Below are positions 46,352 through 53,793 of a stretch of DNA of 53,793 bases, in pieces. A program made the translations under genes and the position numbers. The stretch comes from Deltaproteobacteria bacterium (GTDB taxonomy: Bacteria > Myxococcota_A > Polyangia > Polyangiales > Houyiibacteriaceae): NCBI GenBank assembly GCA_034670305.1, contig JAXMNT010000051.1, positions 1 through 53,793 of the forward strand, in the 5' to 3' direction. How positions within the stretch are numbered: the stretch's first letter is position 1; each line of letters begins with the position of its first letter. The notes beneath the pieces are model-generated. The model made no database searches and was not told the DNA's origin. It worked only from the letters and a program-made list of their open reading frames with translations.

Positions 46352-47410
46352 ATGCGGTCACTTCTCTTGTCCAGTCTCGTTGTCTGCGCGCTCGCGTGCG
46401 AACTCGTTCCCGCCGCCATGGACGACGCCGGCATGGACGGGGGGGTGGGAGAAGACGGCGAGGTGCTCGGCATCCCGATGACGCTCACGCAGTCAGTGCC
46501 CCAAATCGATCTTCCAGCGGGGTCGGAGGACGCGGGCCACTGCTTCAGTTGGACCCTGAACAACGAGGCCTCGATCTGGGTGAACAAGGTCCGGTTCGAA
46601 GCGACGCTCGGGCTGCATCACAGCAACTGGTTCTTCGTGCGTGAAACGACCTTCCCTGGAGACGACGGACTCTGGCGCTGCCGCGATCGAAGCTTCGACA
46701 GTGTGGCGGCCGCGGTCTCGGGTGGGGTGCTCTTCGCGCAGTCCACGCAGGCGGCAGGAGAGGAACAGGCGTTCCCGGAGGGCGTGGCGATCCGGATCCC
46801 GGCCCGTTCGGTCGTCGTGGGCGAGCTGCATGTGTTGAACACCTACGGCGAGGACCTGGACGTCGAAGCCACGATGCATCTCGACACGATTCCGGATCAT
46901 GTGGTGACCACCCGCCTGAACGGGCTCGCATTCGACTACCTCGACCTGCAACTGCCGCCGCGCATGCAGTCGGAGTTCACGATGGAGTGCGATTTCTCGA
47001 TCCCGAACTCCGGACCGATCGACTTCGGGGTCCACTACATCCTGCCGCACTACCACGAGCTCGGAGTGGGGATGCGGGTGGAAATCATCGGCGGCGCGCG
47101 CGACGGAGACATTCTTTGGGAGGGCTACAACAGCATCGGCGAGCCGCTCGGGGACGTGTTCGATCCGCCACTCGACCTGGCCGGCGCGACGGGCATGCGG
47201 GTCACCTGCCTGTACGACAACCCGCGCGACGAAGTCGTGCGCTACGGAATCGGCGATCAGGAGATGTGTCTGGCGCTGCTCTTCACGGACAGTCCCTGGG
47301 TCTGGGGCGGCGGCAACATCATGTTTGGCCAGGGCATGGAGGTCGCGAACACCGGCGGCACCAGCTTCAACGAAGCGCCCTGTTCGATGGTCCCGTTCCG
47401 GCCGCGCTGA
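46352..47410 (+). CDS. Copper type II ascorbate-dependent monooxygenase-like lipoprotein (PHM/DBH fold)
   Basis: Lipobox ALAC; LHHSNW, ELHVLN, PHYHELG, CLYDN and QEMC. Confidence 0.75.
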   Translation: MRSLLLSSLVVCALACELVPAAMDDAGMDGGVGEDGEVLGIPMTLTQSVPQIDLPAGSEDAGHCFSWTLNNEASIWVNKVRFEATLGLHHSNWFFVRETTFPGDDGLWRCRDRSFDSVAAAVSGGVLFAQSTQAAGEEQAFPEGVAIRIPARSVVVGELHVLNTYGEDLDVEATMHLDTIPDHVVTTRLNGLAFDYLDLQLPPRMQSEFTMECDFSIPNSGPIDFGVHYILPHYHELGVGMRVEIIGGARDGDILWEGYNSIGEPLGDVFDPPLDLAGATGMRVTCLYDNPRDEVVRYGIGDQEMCLALLFTDSPWVWGGGNIMFGQGMEVANTGGTSFNEAPCSMVPFRPR

Positions 47411-47510
47411 GGCAGACATCACCCAAATGGGTGCGCGCCTTGTACGGGGTTCGAACCTGTTCCTCATTCTCCATTGACGTCCGTCCCCCAGGCCGGAGAA
47501 GCTTGCGGTG

Positions 47511-48680
47511 ATGGGAGCGGAAAGCGACACTGAACATGGGCCCGCCCGGGTGCTGGTCGCGGACGACGAACCCCTGATCCGGCGGTCGATCGCGCGCATC
47601 TTTCGGAAGGAGCCCATCGAATTGGTGTTCGCTTGCGACGGGCGAGAGGCCATCGAGATCTTCGCCGGTTCGAAGTTCGACGCGGTCATCACCGACATCC
47701 GAATGCCGCTCCTGAGTGGCATCGAGTTGCTCAAAGCCATCCGCGACGTGGACCAAAACGTGCCCGTGATTCTCACGACGGGTGCCCCTTCCGTGTCCAG
47801 TGCGCTCGAGGCCCTCCAACACGGCGCGCTGCGGTACATCGAGAAACCCATCCGCCCGGCCGACCTCACACGCACCCTCCACGAAGCGCTGTCGCTCGGC
47901 CACCTGGCAGACTGTCGCCGACGCGCTTCGGACCTCTGCCCTCCCCCGCCGCCGCCCGAGGCAGCGACCGACGACTGCATGAGCGGCGCCGTCGACGGAC
48001 TCCACGCGTACTACCAGCCCATCGTGGCCTGGCCGGAACGTGACGTCGTCGCATACGAAGCACTCGCGCGCACCCACGAGCCCGGAGTCGACAGCCCGGA
48101 TGTCCTGCTGGAGCTGGCGAAACGGCTGCATCGGCTCGACGACATCGGGCGCCGCATGCGCGTCGTCGCGGCGGAATCGTTCGAGTCGACACTGGGGCCC
48201 GACCTCTACATCAACCTCCACGCGGCGGACCTGCTGGACCCGACGCTCTACGATCCTGGCTCGGTGCTCTCGCGCATGGCCCCACGGGTGGTGTTCGAAC
48301 TGACCGAGCGGTGCAGCTACGCCAGTGTGGTCGATCTGCGCGACCGCCTTGCCCGGTTGCGCGCGCTGGGTTTCCGCATCGCGGTAGACGACGTGGGCGC
48401 GGGCTACTCGGGGCTCGCCACCTTCTCCACCATCGACCCGAGCTACGTGAAACTGGACCTGTCGCTCGTCCGGGATCTGCATACGTCGCAGGTACGACAA
48501 GAGCTCGTCGGCTCGGTGGTTCGGACCTGTCGGTCGCTGGGAATCGGAGTCATCGCCGAAGGCGTCGAAGCGGTCGAAGAACTCAAGGTCCTTTGCGAGC
48601 TCGGATGCGGGCTCTTCCAGGGATTTCTTTTCGCGCGACCGGCGCCCAAGCCGCCCGCCGTGGTCTGGCCCGCGCCGTGA
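47511..48680 (+). CDS. Response regulator with REC and EAL (c-di-GMP phosphodiesterase) domains
   Basis: VADDE, TDIRMP and EKP; YQPIV, YEALAR, ELTE, DDVGAGYSGL, KLD, EGVE and QGF. Confidence 0.92.
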   Translation: MGAESDTEHGPARVLVADDEPLIRRSIARIFRKEPIELVFACDGREAIEIFAGSKFDAVITDIRMPLLSGIELLKAIRDVDQNVPVILTTGAPSVSSALEALQHGALRYIEKPIRPADLTRTLHEALSLGHLADCRRRASDLCPPPPPPEAATDDCMSGAVDGLHAYYQPIVAWPERDVVAYEALARTHEPGVDSPDVLLELAKRLHRLDDIGRRMRVVAAESFESTLGPDLYINLHAADLLDPTLYDPGSVLSRMAPRVVFELTERCSYASVVDLRDRLARLRALGFRIAVDDVGAGYSGLATFSTIDPSYVKLDLSLVRDLHTSQVRQELVGSVVRTCRSLGIGVIAEGVEAVEELKVLCELGCGLFQGFLFARPAPKPPAVVWPAP

Positions 48681-48811
48681 ACCCCCCGTCCCAACGCGAT
48701 TCCACGACGTCCGAGCGCCGCGACCGGCCAGCGTCCTGGTTGATCTCGATGGAGGGGCCTCAGAATTCGTTGGGCGCGCGGCCCCCCACCTCACCCAACT
48801 GGGACTAGCCC

Positions 48812-50872
48812 ATGCCGTACCACAACAGTGGTCCGGGTCCGGTTCCCGGAGAGGACGACCACCCGCTCGACCCCGTTGTCGTGCGCCGCATGGAATCGGT
48901 GGCCCGCGTCTTGGCGTACGCCGTTGCGGGCCTCGGTGCGCTCGTGCTGGTCTCGTGGTGGTTCGGGATCGAAGGGATTCAGAGTTTCGGAAGCGGGCTC
49001 GCCACGATGAAGGCCAACGCCGCCGCCGCGTTCCTGTGCGTCGGCCTAGGCCTCGGGGTTTCGAATCGACCCCACGTCTCTCGGACTCTCGGAGCCGTGG
49101 CGGCGCTCATCGGTGGTGTGTCGGTGCTCCAGCACGTCACCGGGTTTGGCTTCGGGATCGACCAGCTGCTCGCCACGGACACGAGCGAACGACATGGGCT
49201 GATGTCTCCCGCCACGGCCGCGGGTGCTCTGTCCGGCGGGCTCGGGGTCGTGTTGAGAGACGTGCCCTTCTTCGGCTCGCGCTTCTACTGGTCGGAGTGG
49301 TTCGGGCGCGGATGTGGCGTGCTCGGATTGCTGGGCGGGCTCGGCTACGCGTACGACGTGCCGACCTTGTACTCGATGGGGCTCTTCTCCTCCATGTCGC
49401 TGCCGACGACGCTCTCGCTGTTGGCGATCGCCATGTCGATGCTTGCGGGCAGACCGCACCAGGGCGTCTCTTCGTTGTTCGCGGCCGACGACAGCGGCGG
49501 ACGGCTTGCCCGGCGCATGCTGCCCGCGGTGTTGTTTGTCCCCGCGCTGTTCGGCTGGCTGCGGGTCTGGTCAGAGCGCGCGTACCACGTGCCTGCGCCC
49601 TTCGGCGTGGCGATGGTCATCACGAGCACCATCCTCGTCATCGGCGCGATGCTGTGGTGGACGGCGTCGAGCCTGAGAAACGCCGACGCAGAGAAACGCG
49701 CGGCGGAGGCGTCGGTGAAACGGACCGAAGCGCAGCTGCTGCAGGCGCAGAAGATGGACGCCGTCGCGCGGTTGGCCGGAGGCATCGCCCACGACTTCAA
49801 CAACCTGCTCTCCGTGATCCTGAGCTACTCCCAGATGATCATCGCGGACCTGCCGGACGACGACGAGGTGCGCGCGGACGTGGAGGAGATCGAACGCGCC
49901 GCCACGCGGGCCGAGGCGCTGACGCGGCAGCTGCTGATGTTCAGCCGGCAAGAAGTATTCGAGCCGAAGGACGTGGACCTCAACCTGATCGTCTCGGACA
50001 TGAAGAAGATGCTCTCGCGCCTGATCGGCGAGAACATCCAGCTCGAGACGGTATGCGCGGAGGACCTGGGCTTGGTCCGCGCGGACGCCGGCGGACTCGA
50101 GCAGGCGCTGATGAACTTGATCGTCAACGCCCGCGACGCCATGCCCGATGGAGGGCGCATCCTGGTGGAGACCGCCAACGTCGAACTCGACTCCACCTAT
50201 GCGGAAGAACACCACGCGGTGGTGCCGGGACCCTACGTGATGGTCGCGATCACCGACGAAGGCGGTGGCATGGACGCCGCCACGCAGCAGCACATCTTCG
50301 ATCCGTTCTTCACCACCAAACCCAAGGGCAAGGGCACGGGTCTCGGGCTGTCCACCACGTTCGGAGTGATCAAACAGAATGGCGGGACGATCTGGCTCTA
50401 CAGCGAGGTGGGTGCGGGCACGACGTTCAAGATCTACTTGCCTCGGGTGGAGTCGTCCGGTCCCGCCCGGCAGACCGTCGTCGAACCCACCCGGAGCCTC
50501 CTCGGCACCGAGACGATTCTGCTGGTGGAGGACGAAGCACAGGTGCGCGCGGTCGCCAGCCGGATCCTCACCGAATGCGGCTACGAGGTGCTGGTGGCCG
50601 CGGACGGGGTCGAAGCGCAGCGGATCGCCGACGACTACGTGGGGTTGATCGACCTGCTCATCACCGACGTGGTGATGCCGGGCGCCAACGGCCCGCAGGT
50701 CGCCAAGCGCGTGCAGGCGAAGCGGCCGGACACAAAGGTCATGTTCATCTCGGGCTACACGGACGAAGCCGCGATTCGAAATGGGCTCGTCGAGACCGGC
50801 GCGGTGTTCTTGCAGAAACCGCTGACGCCCACGGGGCTCGCCCGACGGGTGCGCGAAGTCCTCGACCAGTAG
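48812..50872 (+). CDS. Membrane-bound hybrid histidine kinase/receiver (CckA-like)
   Basis: About 7 TM segments; AHDFNNLL, NARDAM, DEGGGM, PFFTTK and GTGLGL; C-terminal REC domain. Confidence 0.93.
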   Translation: MPYHNSGPGPVPGEDDHPLDPVVVRRMESVARVLAYAVAGLGALVLVSWWFGIEGIQSFGSGLATMKANAAAAFLCVGLGLGVSNRPHVSRTLGAVAALIGGVSVLQHVTGFGFGIDQLLATDTSERHGLMSPATAAGALSGGLGVVLRDVPFFGSRFYWSEWFGRGCGVLGLLGGLGYAYDVPTLYSMGLFSSMSLPTTLSLLAIAMSMLAGRPHQGVSSLFAADDSGGRLARRMLPAVLFVPALFGWLRVWSERAYHVPAPFGVAMVITSTILVIGAMLWWTASSLRNADAEKRAAEASVKRTEAQLLQAQKMDAVARLAGGIAHDFNNLLSVILSYSQMIIADLPDDDEVRADVEEIERAATRAEALTRQLLMFSRQEVFEPKDVDLNLIVSDMKKMLSRLIGENIQLETVCAEDLGLVRADAGGLEQALMNLIVNARDAMPDGGRILVETANVELDSTYAEEHHAVVPGPYVMVAITDEGGGMDAATQQHIFDPFFTTKPKGKGTGLGLSTTFGVIKQNGGTIWLYSEVGAGTTFKIYLPRVESSGPARQTVVEPTRSLLGTETILLVEDEAQVRAVASRILTECGYEVLVAADGVEAQRIADDYVGLIDLLITDVVMPGANGPQVAKRVQAKRPDTKVMFISGYTDEAAIRNGLVETGAVFLQKPLTPTGLARRVREVLDQ

Positions 50873-51079
50873 GCGGACGGTCCGCGCGAGCGGCTACTCG
50901 AGCAGCTCGACGTCCTTCGGACTCGCTTTGGCGCGTTTGCTGGAGCGCAGACGCTTCCGGGCCCTTCCGGTCGATCGGAGCACGGTCAGAACGGACGCGC
51001 GTGTGTGGGCCGGGCGTCCCACATGGATGGGCGCAGGGGAAGGGGTACCGTTGGCGGTGGTCTCGGTGGTCATGGCGTC

Positions 51080-52060
51080 TCAGGCTGCGGTCTGGCGAAC
51101 CGTGGATTGGTGTTCGGAGGAAGAGGTCTTCGCGCGCACCCGGACGTCGCCGGCCAGGATGCGTTCGATGTTGGTCTGTTGTCCGTTGAGGAACGGTGCG
51201 AGCTCCCGCATGACACCGCGCGCAGTCGCGATGCGTTCGTCGCGGCGCCGCGAGAGCATGCGCCCGACCACGTGGTCGAGGGCTGGGTCAACGCGGGCGG
51301 AGAGCAGCCCCACCCGGGGCGCGTCTTCGCGGATGATCCGACGAAGGAGGCTGGTCACGTTGGACCCGCGAAACGGCATCCGGCCGGTCAGGCACTCGAA
51401 CACCACGATGCCCAGACCGAAGACGTCGGCGCGCGCATCCACGTCGGGATCGCCCGAGGCTTGCTCCGGTGAGCAGTAACTCGGGGTTCCGAACACGCGC
51501 CCGCGCTCTCGTTCTCGCTCTTCGAGCGGGGCGGTGTCGGCCGCGCAGACACCGAAGTCGAGGAGCCACACCCGGAGACTCTCGGCGCCATTCGGCGACC
51601 GGTGCGGCGCAAGAATGATGTGTTCCGGTTTCACGTCGCGGTGGACGTAGCCGAGGGCGTGGGCTCGGTGGAGAATGTCGCAGACCCGCCGCGCGATGGT
51701 GAGGGTCTCGGCGACGCCAAGGGTACCGACGCGCCTGAGGATCTGATGAAGCGCTTCGCCGCGGATGCGTTCCATCACGATGTAGGGAGAGCCGTCGGGC
51801 AGCGTGCCCTCGTCAAGCACCGGCACGATGCCGGGGTGCGCCACCGCGCGGCTCACTTCCGCTTCGCGGCGGATGCGGCGGACCAGGTCCGGGTTGTAGG
51901 CGAAGTGCGGTCGCAGAACTTTGAGCACGACCTCGTGGCCGTCTCGAAGACGTGTCGCCGCGAAGACGACTCCGGTGCCCCCCACCCCGACGATGTGACC
52001 GACGCGGTAGCGACCCTCGAGGGTCAGACCGCGCAGCTCCTGTCGTTCATCGGACGTCAT
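51080..52060 (-). CDS. Hanks-type Ser/Thr kinase with an atypical catalytic loop
   Basis: GVGGTGVV, VVLK, HRDVKPEH, DFG, GTPSYCSPEQ and DVFGLG. Start ATG 52060. Confidence 0.88.
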   Translation of the reverse strand: MTSDERQELRGLTLEGRYRVGHIVGVGGTGVVFAATRLRDGHEVVLKVLRPHFAYNPDLVRRIRREAEVSRAVAHPGIVPVLDEGTLPDGSPYIVMERIRGEALHQILRRVGTLGVAETLTIARRVCDILHRAHALGYVHRDVKPEHIILAPHRSPNGAESLRVWLLDFGVCAADTAPLEERERERGRVFGTPSYCSPEQASGDPDVDARADVFGLGIVVFECLTGRMPFRGSNVTSLLRRIIREDAPRVGLLSARVDPALDHVVGRMLSRRRDERIATARGVMRELAPFLNGQQTNIERILAGDVRVRAKTSSSEHQSTVRQTAA

Positions 52061-52178
52061 GCGCTGACATTCCGCAAGAGCCCTCGGTGGGTCAAAAAAG
52101 CGGCACGGGAAAATCCCTGACAGCCACGCTTCGCTGAGGAATTCGCTGGTTTCGCCGCAAACCGCGTATGGTCTGTGG

Positions 52179-53558
52179 GTGCCGAAAGCGGGACTTCGAT
52201 TGCAACTGCTGCTCGCGCTCAGCGTGGCGTTCATCGTGGCGTTCACACTCCTCGGCTACACCGCGGTCCGCCTCGGGGATCGCAGCCGCAATGCTGCGCG
52301 GGTGACCGATGCCGAAGCTGCGGGACACACGATCTCGGTCGGCGTGAGCAGCGCGCCGCAAGGCTCGAGGCACCGCGTGTTCACCCAGCTCGCCGACGCC
52401 GCGCTTGGGCACGGAGGCATCCGCGGTGTGGAGTGGGCGCGAGGCGCCGACGCACCCGCGCCCACGTGGGTGCGCGGCATCACCGGACTCGGGACCCCCG
52501 TCGAGGTGGACGTGGAGAGCGGCGGGGTCCTGCGGCTGTGGGTGCGCGCTCCCGAACAGAGCCCGGGTCCGTTCAACCAGCTCATGTTGATGTACGTCGC
52601 GATCACCGGCGGCATGATCCTGCTGCTGACGTACCTGGTCTTGACGGTGCTCATCGTACGGCCGGTCGAAGCGTTGACCATGGCATCGAGCCGCATCGCG
52701 GGGGGCAACCTCGAAGTGGAGGCGCCCGTCCGGGGCGCAAAGGAGATCGCGCGCCTATCGCACTCGTTCAACCTGATGGCGAAGCAGGTGCGGAGCGACC
52801 GGGGCGCGCTGGAGACTCAACTCCACGAGCTCGAAGCGGCCACGGCGGAGCTGAGCGCCGCACAGGATCAGGTGCTGCGCAGCACGCGTCTGGCGTCGGT
52901 GGGGCGGCTGGCGGCTGGGGTGGCGCACGAGATCGGCAACCCGCTCGCGGCGATTCTTGGTCTCATCGAACTGGCGCGAGACGAAGATCTGGACCCGGAA
53001 ACACGAGACGAGTTCCTCGCCCGCATCCAGAAGGAGACCGAGCGGATCAACGGCATCATCCGCGACCTGCTCGACTTCGCGCGGGACGGGGCCGAATCCG
53101 ACGGCAACGACGAGACCGCCGACCTTGCGGCCGTGGTGGCCGACGCGGTGCAGCTGGTCGCCCCCCAGAAGGACGCCTCCAAGCTGCGCATCGAACGACG
53201 CGTGTCTCCGGTCGCGCCGGTGCGCGGAAACGCGGACCGGCTGACCCAGGTGCTCCTGAACCTCTTGCTCAATGCGGCGGACGCGATGGACGGCGAAGGA
53301 GACATCGTCATCGAGGTCGACACCCACGACGAGGAGACAGCGCTCTTGACCGTGACCGACTCTGGACCCGGGATCCCCGAGTCGATCCGCGACCAACTCT
53401 TCGAGCCCTTCGTCACCTCAAAAGCGGTGGGCCAAGGGACCGGCCTCGGACTCGCGGTGACCTTCACGATCGTCGATCGGCTCGGGGGCTCGATCGAAGC
53501 GAGCAACCCGGAAGGCGGTGGCGCCCGGTTCGTGGTGCGACTCCCGCTGGCGTCGTAG
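52179..53558 (+). CDS. HAMP-domain sensor histidine kinase
   Basis: Two TM segments, HAMP, AHEIGNPL, NAADA, DSGPGI and GTGLGL. Confidence 0.92.
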   Translation: MPKAGLRLQLLLALSVAFIVAFTLLGYTAVRLGDRSRNAARVTDAEAAGHTISVGVSSAPQGSRHRVFTQLADAALGHGGIRGVEWARGADAPAPTWVRGITGLGTPVEVDVESGGVLRLWVRAPEQSPGPFNQLMLMYVAITGGMILLLTYLVLTVLIVRPVEALTMASSRIAGGNLEVEAPVRGAKEIARLSHSFNLMAKQVRSDRGALETQLHELEAATAELSAAQDQVLRSTRLASVGRLAAGVAHEIGNPLAAILGLIELARDEDLDPETRDEFLARIQKETERINGIIRDLLDFARDGAESDGNDETADLAAVVADAVQLVAPQKDASKLRIERRVSPVAPVRGNADRLTQVLLNLLLNAADAMDGEGDIVIEVDTHDEETALLTVTDSGPGIPESIRDQLFEPFVTSKAVGQGTGLGLAVTFTIVDRLGGSIEASNPEGGGARFVVRLPLAS

Positions 53559-53671
53559 CGCACCAACGGCCCCTGCCTACGGCCGAGCCAGGACAGCGAT
53601 CGATCCCCGCAGCGGCTGTGGGGACCACAGTCCGGCAGCGAACCGACGATCAGCGACGAGCAGCCAGCCTA

Positions 53672-53714
53672 GCAGGTTGCTGAAGAACGCCCGCAGGGCG
53701 TTCTCGCAGCCTGC
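53672..53714. repeat. Imperfect inverted repeat resembling fused IS termini (MITE-like scar)
   Basis: GCAGGTTGCTGAAGAACGCCC-GCA-GGGCGTTCTCGCAGCCTGC. Confidence 0.55.
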
Positions 53715-53747
53715 CCCTTGCCCCTGCCCTTGCCTTTGCCCTTGCCC
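53712..53747. repeat. (GCCCTT)n hexamer array
   Basis: Visible units; same family as 8846-8883 (reverse complement) and 116-130. Confidence 0.85.
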
Positions 53748-53752
53748 GCGGA

Positions 53753-53793
53753 TCAGCGGTCAGATCGCTTGATCAGCGCGACGAGCATCGCGA
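53753..53793 (-). CDS. 3' end of a gene cut by the window edge
   Basis: Minus strand reads ...AMLVALIKRSDR* and converges on the repeat; too short to identify. Confidence 0.3.
   Translation of the reverse strand, partial: AMLVALIKRSDR

Noticed and set aside
44422-46587. 721-aa ORF as a TatD fusion
   Set aside because: The upstream part overlaps add in another frame and has no recognisable motifs; only the last ~240 aa are TatD.

Overview
A high-GC chromosomal segment that looks myxobacterial (Polyangiales/Sandaracinaceae-like), judged from an AglRQS-type motor, a TIGR04552-like protein, many Cys-rich lipoproteins and a Hanks-type kinase. It holds about 45 CDS. Housekeeping and metabolic genes include a nitrilase, a NUDIX hydrolase, an ABC ATPase, a CDF transporter, a glutathione peroxidase, speA, a GT2 glycosyltransferase, lon, tcdA, tatD and add. 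Signalling genes include PP2C, REC-EAL, two histidine kinases and a Ser/Thr kinase. The central feature is a motor island of two divergent MotA/TolQ + 2x ExbD/TolR operons, one resembling aglRQS, plus a third AglQ copy with a nearly identical TM segment. Other unusual items: a DnaJ with its J-domain moved to the C-terminus ahead of a membrane tail anchor; an RNA polymerase alpha-CTD-like domain lacking DNA-contact residues; a 123-bp palindromic element inserted in frame in a lipoprotein signal peptide; pacifastin-like, knottin-like and PHM-like 'eukaryote-type' secreted domains; an AAC(3) gene stub; a probable IS110 right end at the left edge; and nine hexamer-period arrays, mostly in convergent gaps. 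No rRNA, tRNA or CRISPR array was seen. All family calls come from motif recognition by eye, not database searches. Many start codons were moved from the ORF track to more plausible downstream starts.
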